From a virus (taxonomy: Duplodnaviria; Heunggongvirae; Uroviricota; Caudoviricetes): a DNA stretch of 46,276 nucleotides. The translations under genes were made by a program, and so were the position numbers. This document shows, in pieces, positions 8,510-17,619 of the stretch. Position 1 is the stretch's first letter. Each line of letters begins with the position of its first letter. The DNA is taken from the IMG/VR virus record IMGVR_UViG_2623620505_000005. One strand, given 5' to 3'. The notes under the pieces were generated by a model. That model saw nothing but the letters and a program-made list of their open reading frames with translations, was not told the origin of the DNA and did no database searches.

Positions 8510-8770
8510 ATGCAATCACCATTACGGAATGTGCGTAAAGCGCACGGATTTACTTTGCAGCATGTTGCTGCGGGCGTTCAGGTCAATCCAGCGACGCTGA
8601 GTCGTATTGAAAGACTGGAACAAATTCCATCTATCGACCTTGCAGAACGTCTGGCCAATTTTTTTAAGGGTGAAATCAGCGAAATGCAGATTCTTTATCC
8701 GGCACGTTTTCAATCTAGCCAAAACCAGAATGGGTTTAAACCACAGGAACAGGAGGTAAGCCGTGGGTAA
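8510..8770 (+). CDS. cro: Cro-like HTH regulator
   Basis: 86 aa; HTH (FTLQHVAAGVQVNPATLSRIER); first gene of the rightward operon, divergent from cI. Confidence 0.7.
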   Translation: MQSPLRNVRKAHGFTLQHVAAGVQVNPATLSRIERLEQIPSIDLAERLANFFKGEISEMQILYPARFQSSQNQNGFKPQEQEVSRG

Positions 8771-9314
8771 GCATCACTGGAAAGTGGAAAAACAACCTGA
8801 CTGGTACGTGAAAGCTGTCAGAAAAACTATCGCGGCATTGCCAGGTGGTTACGCTGAAGCTGCTGACTGGCTGGATGTAACAGAGAACGCATTATTTAAT
8901 CGCCTTCGTGCCGATGGTGATCAGTTTTTTCCGTTGGGATGGGCAATGGTTTTACAGCGTGCGGCTAGTACTCATCACATTGCGGATGCTGTTGCACAGT
9001 CTGCTGGTGGGATGTTTGTATCGCTTCCTGAAATTGAGGAAGTAGAGAACGCCGATATAAACCAGCGCCTGCTGGAAGTCATCGAACAGATCGGGAGTTA
9101 CTCAAAGCAGATTCGTTCGGCAATCGAAGATGGGGTCGTGGAGCCACACGAGCAGACAGCAATTAATGATGAGTTGTATCTGTCAATTTCGAAGCTCCAG
9201 GAGCATGCAGCACTGGTCTACAAAATCTTTTGCGCTCCAGAAAAGAGTGACGCCCGCGAGTGTGCAGCTCCGGGCGTCGTGGCGTTTTGTGTCTGTGGAG
9301 AAACTAACGCATGA
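8763..9314 (+). CDS. Early regulatory protein (CII-like / YdaT-like), function uncertain
   Basis: 183 aa; directly follows cro with overlap, the position cII occupies in lambda; no motif I can assign with confidence. Confidence 0.4.
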   Translation: MGKHHWKVEKQPDWYVKAVRKTIAALPGGYAEAADWLDVTENALFNRLRADGDQFFPLGWAMVLQRAASTHHIADAVAQSAGGMFVSLPEIEEVENADINQRLLEVIEQIGSYSKQIRSAIEDGVVEPHEQTAINDELYLSISKLQEHAALVYKIFCAPEKSDARECAAPGVVAFCVCGETNA

Positions 9315-10462
9315 ACAGTTTAACGGCAAATAACCGTTTGTCGCAACAGCTGGTGGTCAGTGTCGCTGAACACCGGTTGTTATGGCATGAATGCAGATTA
9401 CCAAATCACCTGGCTGTAAGTAACCACAGAGAACTTTACCTGACTGTGGGGGGCGAGTTGTGCAGGAACTTAACCGCTGGTTTCGTGACGGAAGAGGACT
9501 TTATGTTCATGTTATTCGTTGGGAGCCAGAAACACAGCGCGTTATCTATCTTCGCAAAGACTACCCGCATGAGTGCTTTAGTCCTTTGTGGAAATTCAGG
9601 CGTGATTTTGTTGAGTGTGAAGGACCACCAGCACATTGATTCTGCCATTCCGGGACGTTACACTGTTCAGGCACCTTATAAAACGGGTGCCGGGCGTGGA
9701 AACCCGGAATTCACCAAAGCGCACAACCGCGCTCTTGCGGTTTTTTTGTGTCATGAGCAGCATTACGCCCAAATTATGGTGGGGCGTGCAGGGCCAACTT
9801 CGGTTGGGCCGGGTTCTTTGGTGACCGGTATTTCCACCCCTGTACGTCTCACCACCAATAAGGTCGTGGAAAGCCTTGGTGGTGAGTTATTAAAAATCAC
9901 CAAAGAGGCTGCCATCATGGCTACGATCCCAACCCTCACTCAACCTGAAATTGCCATCGTTGATGGTCAGGCTGTTACTTCATCCTTGGCTGTTGCCAAC
10001 TTCTTCTCCAAACGTCATGACGATGTACTGAAAAAGATCCGCACGCTTGAATGCTCAGCATCATTCACTGCCCGCAATTTTTCGGTGAGTGATTACACTG
10101 ATTGCACAGGTCGCAAACTTCCTTGCTACCAAATCACACGCGACGGTTTTGCGTTTCTTGCTATGGGTTTCACGGGTAAACGTGCTGCCCAGTTCAAGGA
10201 GGCATACATCAATGCCTTTAACCAGATGGAGAAACAGCTTTCAAAGCCCTCTGTACCGAGCGACGTTGCACATAACGCCAGCGTTCTCTGTTCCTACATT
10301 TCATCAATTCATCAGGTCTGGCTGCAGCAGCTTTATCCTATGTTGGCAAAAGCCGAATCTCCGCTGGCTGTTAGCTTGTATGACTATATTAATGATGCTT
10401 CGGCACTGGCCTGCCTCATAAATTTGTCGCTGAACCCTTCAGAGGTATGGGGGCGCAAATGA
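9311..10462 (+). CDS. Rha-family phage regulatory protein with a long N-terminal extension
   Basis: The C-terminal 181 aa (from the ATG at 9917, which has an AAGAGG ribosome-binding site) resemble Rha regulatory proteins; the upstream 202 codons are in frame with no stop and no recognised domain. Confidence 0.55.
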   Translation: MNSLTANNRLSQQLVVSVAEHRLLWHECRLPNHLAVSNHRELYLTVGGELCRNLTAGFVTEEDFMFMLFVGSQKHSALSIFAKTTRMSALVLCGNSGVILLSVKDHQHIDSAIPGRYTVQAPYKTGAGRGNPEFTKAHNRALAVFLCHEQHYAQIMVGRAGPTSVGPGSLVTGISTPVRLTTNKVVESLGGELLKITKEAAIMATIPTLTQPEIAIVDGQAVTSSLAVANFFSKRHDDVLKKIRTLECSASFTARNFSVSDYTDCTGRKLPCYQITRDGFAFLAMGFTGKRAAQFKEAYINAFNQMEKQLSKPSVPSDVAHNASVLCSYISSIHQVWLQQLYPMLAKAESPLAVSLYDYINDASALACLINLSLNPSEVWGRK

Positions 10463-10679
10463 TCCGGAATATTTTCAAACGGTTTACCAATCAGACTTTC
10501 CGTTGTCCTCGCCCCGGTCAGTGGTACACCACGCCTGCAGGGCATGTTCTACGTGTCAGCCTGGTTGACCGTGAATGTCAGAAGGTGATTTGTGAACCGC
10601 TGGGCCGTAATTATCGCGTCAGTATGCCGCTTATAGCCTTTCGCTCCGGAAAAAACATGAAGCATCTCGGAGGTGCAGC

Positions 10680-11486
10680 ATGAGTATGGAGCTGATGGTT
10701 AAAGCGATGAAAATTCGAGTGGGAAATCCATTGCGAAAACTGGTTCTGATTAAGCTGGCTGATAATGCCAGCGATCAGGGGGAGTGCTGGCCCAGCTACC
10801 AGCATATTGCTGACCAGTGCGAGATTAGCAAACGTTCTGTGATGAATCATATTGCGGCCCTTTGTGAGTCCGGGCTGGTAAAAAAAGTCACCCGGAAAGG
10901 TGAAAAAGGTAACTCAAGTAATATCTATCTCCTTCATCTGGATGGTGCAGGAGATTCACTAGGGGGTAGTGCAAATAATTCACTATCTGGTGCAGCAAAT
11001 TCACCAGGTAGTGCAGGAGTTGCACCAGGGGGTAGTGCAGGAGATTCACCCAGAACCAGTCACTCTTTTGAACCAGTCAAAGAACCAATAGCTGTTGGTG
11101 CATCAGTTGATGAGTCCGTGCGAGTTCGTTCAAACCGACCGGAATACTCTCCGGAGTTTGAGCAGGCATGGCTGGCATATCCCAAACGTGCTGGTGGCAA
11201 TTCAAAATCTGCAGCCTTCAAAGCCTGGAAAGCCCGTTTGAATGAGGGAGTAAACCCCGAAACCATGCTGGAAGGTGTGAAACGCTACGCGGGCTGGGTA
11301 TCTGCGATGGGTAACAGCGGCACACAATTTGTGAAACAGGCTGTCACGTTCTTTGGTCCGGATCGTCATTTCGAAGAATTCTGGGAAGTTCCTGCGGTAT
11401 CTGCAGCCAGACGCGAGGACCCGTACTTCAAAGCCAGTTACGACAACGTGGACTACAGCCAGATCCCGGCAGGATTCAGGGGGTGA
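10680..11486 (+). CDS. Replication initiator (lambda O-like: N-terminal HTH, internal iteron-encoded linker)
   Basis: 268 aa; N-terminal winged-helix-like segment; a Gly/Ser/Ala-rich linker is encoded by a tandem iteron array, as ori-lambda sits inside O. Confidence 0.6.
   Translation: MSMELMVKAMKIRVGNPLRKLVLIKLADNASDQGECWPSYQHIADQCEISKRSVMNHIAALCESGLVKKVTRKGEKGNSSNIYLLHLDGAGDSLGGSANNSLSGAANSPGSAGVAPGGSAGDSPRTSHSFEPVKEPIAVGASVDESVRVRSNRPEYSPEFEQAWLAYPKRAGGNSKSAAFKAWKARLNEGVNPETMLEGVKRYAGWVSAMGNSGTQFVKQAVTFFGPDRHFEEFWEVPAVSAARREDPYFKASYDNVDYSQIPAGFRG
10944..11050. repeat. Iteron array (five ~22-bp direct repeats) inside the O-like gene; candidate phage origin
   Basis: Repeats begin at 10944, 10967, 10989, 11009 and 11033; consensus about (G/T)RGTGCARNARNTTCAC(C/T); the first and last are identical over GTGCAGGAGATTCAC. 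Confidence 0.5.
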
Positions 11487-11977
11487 TCATGAGTCTTTTG
11501 AATGAAGTTCAGAAATTCATTGAAGCCCATCCGGGGTGTACTTCCGGAGACATTGCGGATGCTTTTGCAGGTTACTCACGGCAGCGCGTTCTGCAGTCAG
11601 CAAGCAAGTTACGTCAGAGTGGGCGTGTGGCTCACCGTTGTGAAGGAGATACACGCAGACATTTCCCACGCCTGACTGAGAGAGCGCAGGAGCCGGAACC
11701 ACAACCAGTTCGTGAAACCAGACCTGTGCGCAATTTCTATGTCGGCACTAACGATCCCCGGGTGATTTTGTGCCTGACCCGCCAGGCGGAAGAACTGGAG
11801 TCTAGGGGCTTATACCGTCGTGCTGCAACGGTGTGGATGGCGGCATTCCGTGAAAGCCACTCCCAGCCAGAACGAAACAATTTTCTGGCGCGTCGTGAGC
11901 GGTGCTTACGGAAAAGCAGCAAGCGCGCTGCATCAGGTGAAGAGTGGTATCTGTCAGGGAATTACGTGGGGGCTTAA
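11483..11977 (+). CDS. Hypothetical protein; possibly a PerC/ANR-like small regulator (weak)
   Basis: 164 aa; segment EELESRGLYRRAATVWMAAF is reminiscent of PerC-family proteins. This is a weak recollection, not verified. Confidence 0.45.
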   Translation: MIMSLLNEVQKFIEAHPGCTSGDIADAFAGYSRQRVLQSASKLRQSGRVAHRCEGDTRRHFPRLTERAQEPEPQPVRETRPVRNFYVGTNDPRVILCLTRQAEELESRGLYRRAATVWMAAFRESHSQPERNNFLARRERCLRKSSKRAASGEEWYLSGNYVGA

Positions 11978-12630
11978 TGAGTAATAAATATTGCCAGGCG
12001 CTGGTGGAGCTGCGGAACAAACCAGCCCATGAACTGAAGGAAGTGGGCGATCAGTGGCGCACGCCGGATAACATTTTCTGGGGAATTAACACCCTGTTTG
12101 GCCCGTTTGTTCTGGATCTGTTCACTGACGGTGATAACGCCAAATGTGCCGCGTATTACACGGCGGAAGACAACGCGCTGGCGCATGACTGGTCAGAACG
12201 TCTTGCGGAGCTTAAAGGTGCTGCCTTTGGTAATCCCCCATACAGCCGCGCCAGTCAGCATGAGGGGCAATACATCACCGGCATGCGTTACATCATGAAG
12301 CATGCCAGTGCCATGCGTGATAAAGGCGGGCGCTATGTTTTCCTGATCAAAGCTGCCACCAGCGAAGTGTGGTGGCCGGAAGACGCAGACCATATTGCTT
12401 TTATTCGCGGGCGTATTGGTTTTGAACTTCCTGCCTGGTTTATCCCGAAGGATGAGAAGCAGGTGCCGACAGGCGCTTTCTTCGCTGGTGCTATTGCTGT
12501 TTTCGACAAGACCTGGAAGGGACCGACAATCAGCTACATCGGGCGCGATGAACTTGAGGCATGTGGTGAGGCGTTTCTGGCGCAGGTTCGCCAGCAGGCA
12601 GAAAAACTTGTCAGGGAGATGGCGGCATGA
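11977..12630 (+). CDS. Phage Dam-like N6-adenine DNA methyltransferase
   Basis: NPPY catalytic motif (FGNPPYSRAS). Start at the ATG at 11977, overlapping the upstream stop (TAATG) with a G-rich ribosome-binding site; the track ORF starts at a GTG 33 nt earlier. Confidence 0.8.
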   Translation: MSNKYCQALVELRNKPAHELKEVGDQWRTPDNIFWGINTLFGPFVLDLFTDGDNAKCAAYYTAEDNALAHDWSERLAELKGAAFGNPPYSRASQHEGQYITGMRYIMKHASAMRDKGGRYVFLIKAATSEVWWPEDADHIAFIRGRIGFELPAWFIPKDEKQVPTGAFFAGAIAVFDKTWKGPTISYIGRDELEACGEAFLAQVRQQAEKLVREMAA

Positions 12631-12953
12631 CGACGTTAACCCAATGCCAGCAGCAGGTGCTGGATATGCTGATTTCTTACCAGCAAGAGCGTGGCTTTCC
12701 GCCAACCAATCAGGAGGTGGCAACCATGCTGGGATACCGTTCAGTGAATGCAGCGGTGGAGCATCTTCGCGCACTGGAGAAAAAAGGCGTCATCACGATA
12801 AAGCGTGGCGTGGCCCGGGGGATAACGCTTCATACCGCGGTGAAGGACGACGACAGCGAGGCGGTCGGGATTATCCGCGCACTGCTTGCCGGTGAGGAAA
12901 ACGCCAGGCTGCGTGCAGCTCACTGGTTACATGAGAGGGAACTGAAAGTATGA
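12627..12953 (+). CDS. LexA-type DNA-binding domain protein
   Basis: 108 aa; N-terminal LTQCQQQVLDMLISYQQERGFPPTNQEVATMLGY resembles the LexA winged-helix DNA-binding domain; no peptidase domain. Confidence 0.55.
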   Translation: MTTLTQCQQQVLDMLISYQQERGFPPTNQEVATMLGYRSVNAAVEHLRALEKKGVITIKRGVARGITLHTAVKDDDSEAVGIIRALLAGEENARLRAAHWLHERELKV

Positions 12954-13339
12954 AGCTGATTCTGCCTTTTCCGCCCAGCGTGAACACGTACTGGCGACAC
13001 CCCAACAAAGGGGCGTTTGCAGGTAAGAGCCTGATAAGCGCGGCGGGGCGAAAATTCCAGAGCGCGGTGTGTGCAGCAATAGTTGAGCAGTTACGTCGTC
13101 TGCCAAAACCAACGTCGGCACCTGCTTCAGTGGAGATCGTGTTGTTTCCTCCAGATAACCGGATCCGCGATCTGGACAACTATAACAAGGCGCTGTTTGA
13201 CGCCCTGACCCACGCTGGTGTGTGGGAAGACGACAGTCAGGTGAAAAGAATGCTGGTGGAGTGGGGACCGGTTATCCCGGAAGGGAAGGTCGAGATCACT
13301 ATCAGTAAGTACGAGAAAACGGCGGGTGCAGCCGCCTGA
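12950..13339 (+). CDS. rusA: RusA Holliday-junction resolvase
   Basis: 129 aa; sequence and length match the RusA family (ILPFPPSVNTYW ... DLDNYNKALFDAL). Confidence 0.85.
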   Translation: MKLILPFPPSVNTYWRHPNKGAFAGKSLISAAGRKFQSAVCAAIVEQLRRLPKPTSAPASVEIVLFPPDNRIRDLDNYNKALFDALTHAGVWEDDSQVKRMLVEWGPVIPEGKVEITISKYEKTAGAAA

Positions 13340-13358
13340 TTAAGAGGAGAAACGAAGT

Positions 13359-14168
13359 ATGAATAATCTGATGGTTATTGATGGTATTGAAGTTCGTCGT
13401 GATGCTTATGGACGTTACAGCCTGAACGATCTGCATCGCGCAGCAGTAGCATCTGGTGCAAATGCCAGAACCAAGGAGCCAGGAAAGTTTCTTTCCAGCC
13501 AACAAACTGTTGAGCTTGTTCATGAATTGACCAACACCCAGAATTTGGGTGTTGACCCGGTGAGTGTGATTCATGGGGGAAATGAACGGGGAACGTATGT
13601 CTGTAAGGAACTGGTGTATGCCTATGCAATGTGGATCAGCCCGTCATTCCATCTGAAGGTGATCCGTACTTTCGATATGGTAACCAGCGCGCCGGAAAAG
13701 TTATCCGGACAGGCTGCTGACAAGATGCAGGCTGGCGTGATCCTGCTGGACTTTATGCGCCGGGAGTTAAATCTGTCTAACTCTTCAGTGCTTGGTGCCT
13801 GTCAGAAACTCCAGGAGGCTGTTGGCTTACCGAATCTGGCACCGCGCTATGCCATTGATGCTCCTGCTGACGCGCCTGATGGCTCAAGCCGCCCCACGCT
13901 GTCACTGAGTGCACTGCTGAAGCAGTATGGTATCCGCCTGACAGCTAATCAGGCATATCACCAGATGGTGAAGCTGGGGATCGTCGAGCAGCGCGAACGA
14001 TACAGCCGTACCGCGATTAACAACATCAAAAAATTCTGGTCGCTGACAGCGAAAGGCTGCATGTTCGGCAAGAACATCACCAGTCCCGCAAATCCGCGCG
14101 AGACGCAGCCGCACTTTTTCGAATCCCGATTCCCTGAGCTGTTAAAGCTGCTCGATACCGTTCATTGA
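13359..14168 (+). CDS. KilA-N domain protein
   Basis: 269 aa; N-terminal KilA-N-like region (IDGIEVRRDAYGRYSLNDLHRAAV). Confidence 0.7.
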   Translation: MNNLMVIDGIEVRRDAYGRYSLNDLHRAAVASGANARTKEPGKFLSSQQTVELVHELTNTQNLGVDPVSVIHGGNERGTYVCKELVYAYAMWISPSFHLKVIRTFDMVTSAPEKLSGQAADKMQAGVILLDFMRRELNLSNSSVLGACQKLQEAVGLPNLAPRYAIDAPADAPDGSSRPTLSLSALLKQYGIRLTANQAYHQMVKLGIVEQRERYSRTAINNIKKFWSLTAKGCMFGKNITSPANPRETQPHFFESRFPELLKLLDTVH

Positions 14169-14169
14169 G

Positions 14170-15165
14170 GTGACCGTGAGAGCACTACTGACCCCTGAAA
14201 TTGCCCCGCGTATGGGGATCGTATTGTTCAGACCCGGTTCAGAGCTGATGCCCCTGTTTATGCAGGGGCGTGTCCTGCTGGAGCCTGAGCCGGAACGTTA
14301 TTCATCTTTTGCCAGTGGTGCCGTTCCGGCGGCATCACAACCGCTGGCGGATGATCCTGCCGTTCGGGCCGTGTTCCGCAATGAGGCAGTGATCCGTCGT
14401 GCTGGTGGAGTGGAATGTCTTGAAAGCTGGTTACTTCGTGAAAAAGGCTGCCAATGGCCTCATTCCGACTGGCACAGCGAGAACATGACCACAATGCGAC
14501 ACGCGCCGGGCGCAATCCGTCTGTGCTGGCACTGCGATAACCAGCTGCGCGATCAGTTCACGGAACGGCTGGAATCAATGGCAACGGATAACTGTGCCCG
14601 CTGGGTGTTGTCTGTCGTGCGTCGGGATCTCGGTTTTGATGATAGTCACGTTGTGACAATGCCGGAACTGTGCTGGTGGCTGGTTCGTAATGACCTGGCG
14701 GATGCCTTACCGGAAAGTGCAGCCCGTAAGGCACTGAGATTACCGAAGCCTGTTGTGCCGTCTGTCACCCGGGAAAGTGACCTTGTGCCTTCGGTTCCTG
14801 CCACCAGCATCATCCAGGATAAAGCGAAAAAGGTGCTGGCGCTGAAAGTGGATCCGGAGTCGCCGGAGTCTTTTATGTTACGCCCAAAACGTCGCCGCTG
14901 GGTTAACGAAAAGTACACGCGCTGGGTTAAGACGCAGCCGTGTGCATGTTGTGGAAAGCCTGCTGATGATCCCCACCACCTGATAGGCCACGGTCAGGGC
15001 GGGATGGGTACAAAAGCGCATGACCTCTTTGTGTTGCCTTTGTGCAGAAAGCATCACGACGAGCTGCATGCGGATACCGTGGCATTTGAAGAGAAGTATG
15101 GCTCCCAGCTGGAGCTGATATTTCGTTTTATCGATCGTGCGCTGGCAATAGGCGTACTGGCGTAA
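14170..15165 (+). CDS. DUF968 domain protein (YdfU-like)
   Basis: 331 aa; Cys/His-rich C-terminus (CACCGKPADDPHHLIGHG ... CRKHHDELH); sits immediately upstream of Q as ydfU does in the Qin prophage; GTG start. Confidence 0.7.
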   Translation: MTVRALLTPEIAPRMGIVLFRPGSELMPLFMQGRVLLEPEPERYSSFASGAVPAASQPLADDPAVRAVFRNEAVIRRAGGVECLESWLLREKGCQWPHSDWHSENMTTMRHAPGAIRLCWHCDNQLRDQFTERLESMATDNCARWVLSVVRRDLGFDDSHVVTMPELCWWLVRNDLADALPESAARKALRLPKPVVPSVTRESDLVPSVPATSIIQDKAKKVLALKVDPESPESFMLRPKRRRWVNEKYTRWVKTQPCACCGKPADDPHHLIGHGQGGMGTKAHDLFVLPLCRKHHDELHADTVAFEEKYGSQLELIFRFIDRALAIGVLA

Positions 15166-15178
15166 GTGGAGAACGAGC

Positions 15179-15931
15179 ATGAACCTTGAATCCTTACCGA
15201 AATATTACTCCCCAAAATCTCCAAAATTGAGCGATGACGCACCGGCGACAGGCTCGGGTGGTTTAACAATTACGGATGTAATGGCTGCGCAGGGGATGGT
15301 GCAGTCGAAAGCACCGCTTGGGTTTGCCTTATTCCTGGCAAAAGTTGGTGTTCAGGATCCTCAGTTTGCGATTGAAGGTCTGCTCAATTACGCGATGGCA
15401 CTGGATAACCCGACATTGAACAAATTGAGTGAAGAAACCCGGTTACAGATCATCCCTTACCTTGTGAATTTTGCCTTTGCTGATTATTCCAGGTCTGCGG
15501 CAAGTAAGGCTCGCTGTGAGCATTGTGCTGGTACTGGATTTCATAATGTATTGCGCGAAGTGGTGAAACACTCCAGAAGCGGGGAATCTGTTATCAAGGA
15601 AGAGTGGGTGAAGGAACTGTGTCAGCATTGTCATGGTAAGGGAGAAGTCAGCACAGCGTGCAGAGGGTGTAAGGGTAAAGGTATTGTCCTGGATGAAAAA
15701 AGAACCCGGCTTCATGGCACGCCTGTTTATAAGGTTTGTGGGCGTTGCAATGGAAACCGGTTTAGCCGTTTACCAACCACACTGGCGCGGCTTCATGTCC
15801 AGAAGCTGGTACCAGACCTGACGGATTATCAGTGGTACAAAGGATATGCAGATGTCATTGATAAACTGGTTACAAAGTGCTGGCAGGAAGAAGCATATGC
15901 AGAGATACAATTGAGAAAGGTGACAAGATAA
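15179..15931 (+). CDS. Q: Late-gene antiterminator Q (250-aa zinc-binding type, QuuQ-like)
   Basis: 250 aa with CxxC clusters (CEHCAGTG, CQHCHGKGE, CRGCKGKG, CGRCNG); followed by a terminator and then the lysis genes. Confidence 0.75.
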   Translation: MNLESLPKYYSPKSPKLSDDAPATGSGGLTITDVMAAQGMVQSKAPLGFALFLAKVGVQDPQFAIEGLLNYAMALDNPTLNKLSEETRLQIIPYLVNFAFADYSRSAASKARCEHCAGTGFHNVLREVVKHSRSGESVIKEEWVKELCQHCHGKGEVSTACRGCKGKGIVLDEKRTRLHGTPVYKVCGRCNGNRFSRLPTTLARLHVQKLVPDLTDYQWYKGYADVIDKLVTKCWQEEAYAEIQLRKVTR

Positions 15932-16038
15932 ATGGTTTTCGCCGAAGATGACGACATGATGCTTGCGTTTTTCAAAAAATATGGATAAGATTTTCACAAC
16001 GATGGGCTTTGTATGTCTACCGTTGATAAGATTTAAGA

Positions 16039-16062
16039 ACCCGCCACTGAGCGGGTTTTTTT
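16039..16062 (+). terminator. Rho-independent terminator downstream of Q (tR'-like)
   Basis: ACCCGC-CACTGA-GCGGGT stem-loop followed by seven T residues, about 110 nt after the Q stop codon. Confidence 0.6.
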
Positions 16063-16160
16063 GTACCTGTAAACTTGGTGCAATACAGTAAACACGCTGG
16101 TGGTCGTGAATACTGACTTTTTATCTTGCTGGCTTTTTAGACAAGAGTTATTGGTATGTC

Positions 16161-16388
16161 ATGTTAACCAGAAGGGAAAAAGACATGCTAAAACAGCAAG
16201 ATATGACAGAAACCGCCGCCGCAGTCCTTCATTTCTTACCTGCTGACAAGTGGGTAACGCCACGCATGATGACGAGAACTACCGGAGTAAGCGAAGCCCG
16301 GTGCCAGTTAATACTGACTCAGTTAGTTCTGGCGGGGCTGGCGAAGGATAACGGCGGGTACGGGAATAAATTCAGACGCTGCCAGTAA
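16161..16388 (+). CDS. Small hypothetical protein in the Q-to-S moron site
   Basis: 75-aa ORF with no recognised domain, lying between the tR'-like terminator and the methyltransferase. Confidence 0.35.
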   Translation: MLTRREKDMLKQQDMTETAAAVLHFLPADKWVTPRMMTRTTGVSEARCQLILTQLVLAGLAKDNGGYGNKFRRCQ

Positions 16389-16538
16389 TGGCGGTTTCCT
16401 GCTGTGAAAATGGGCGGCTGGTGGGTGTTGGTAGCACCTGCCAGCCATTCGCTCATGCTTACTGGTCACAAGCGAACCACGGCCCACTGCTTTAGCGCAA
16501 AAGCAGAGTGAGCCTACCAGAGTTACGCTTACTGATCC

Positions 16539-17591
16539 ATGAAAAATACTGTAAAAATAAACAGTGTTGATTTAATCAACGCTGATTGCCTGCATTTTAT
16601 TCAGTCCCTGCCTGATGATTCCATTGACCTGATTGTTACCGATCCGCCGTACTTCAAGGTGAAACCCAACGGCTGGGACAATCAGTGGAAAGGGGACGAA
16701 GATTACCTTAAGTGGCTGGACCACTGTCTGGCCCAGTTCTGGCGGGTGTTAAAACCTGCCGGAAGCCTTTACCTGTTCTGTGGGCATCGCCTGGCATCTG
16801 ATATTGAGATCATGATGCGTGAACGTTTCAACGTGCTTAACCATATCATCTGGGCGAAGCCGTCCGGACGTTGGAATGGGTGTAATAAAGAAAGTCTGCG
16901 CGCATATTTTCCTGCCACAGAGCGCGTTCTGTTTGCTGAACATTACCAGGGGCCATATCGCGGCAAAAGTGACGGCTATGCGGAAAAAGAAAGGGAACTC
17001 AAACAGCGCATAATGGCACCGCTGATATCGTATTTCAGGGATGCTCGTGCCGAACTGGGTATAACGGCAAAACAGATTGCCGAAGCCACAGGTAAGAAAA
17101 ATATGGTTTCCCACTGGTTTGGTGCCAGTCAGTGGCAGTTGCCGAATGAGGCTGACTATCGGAAGTTACAGGCACTGTTTTCCCGTATAGCGGCAGAGAA
17201 GTTTCAGGAACAACAACTGGAACAACCACACCACCAGCTGGTGGCATCTTATGATTCACTGAATCGCAAATATTCTGAATTGCTGGATGAGTTTAAATCT
17301 CTCCGGCGCTATTTCTCCGTATCAGTCTCCGTGCCTTATACCGATGTCTGGATGCATAAACCCGTTCAGTTCTACCCGGGTAAACATCCGTGTGAGAAAC
17401 CGGCGGATATGCTCAGGCAAATAATCAATGCCAGTAGTCGACCAGGTGATCTGGTTGCTGATTTTTTTATGGGATCCGGTTCCACAATAAAAGCAGCAAT
17501 GGCGTTGGGGCGTCGGGCCTTAGGTGTTGAGCTTGAGTCAGAGCGGTTTAACCAGACAGTGAAAGAGATAAACGAGCTGGTGGGGAAATAA
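16539..17591 (+). CDS. DNA methyltransferase (beta-class N6-adenine/N4-cytosine), orphan
   Basis: 350 aa; DPPY motif near the N-terminus (LIVTDPPYF) and a SAM-binding FxGxG motif at the C-terminus (DFFMGSGST); no adjacent restriction endonuclease gene. Confidence 0.85.
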
Positions 17592-17597
17592 TCTGGT

Positions 17598-17619
17598 GGC
17601 CACGTCAGGTGGCCTTTTT
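17598..17619 (+). terminator. Rho-independent terminator between the methyltransferase and the holin
   Basis: GGCCAC-GTCAG-GTGGCC stem-loop followed by TTTTT. Confidence 0.55.

Noticed and set aside
12193-12774. 193-aa minus-strand ORF overlapping the Dam-like and LexA-like genes
   Set aside because: Antisense to two genes with clear domain signatures; no start context.
15932-16540. Looked for tRNA genes and stx toxin genes in the Q-to-S interval, and for a tRNA at the attachment site (1-90)
   Set aside because: No cloverleaf-compatible sequence or GTTCGAATC-type T-arm was seen; the interval contains a methyltransferase rather than stxAB; the integration target is the prfC coding region, not a tRNA.
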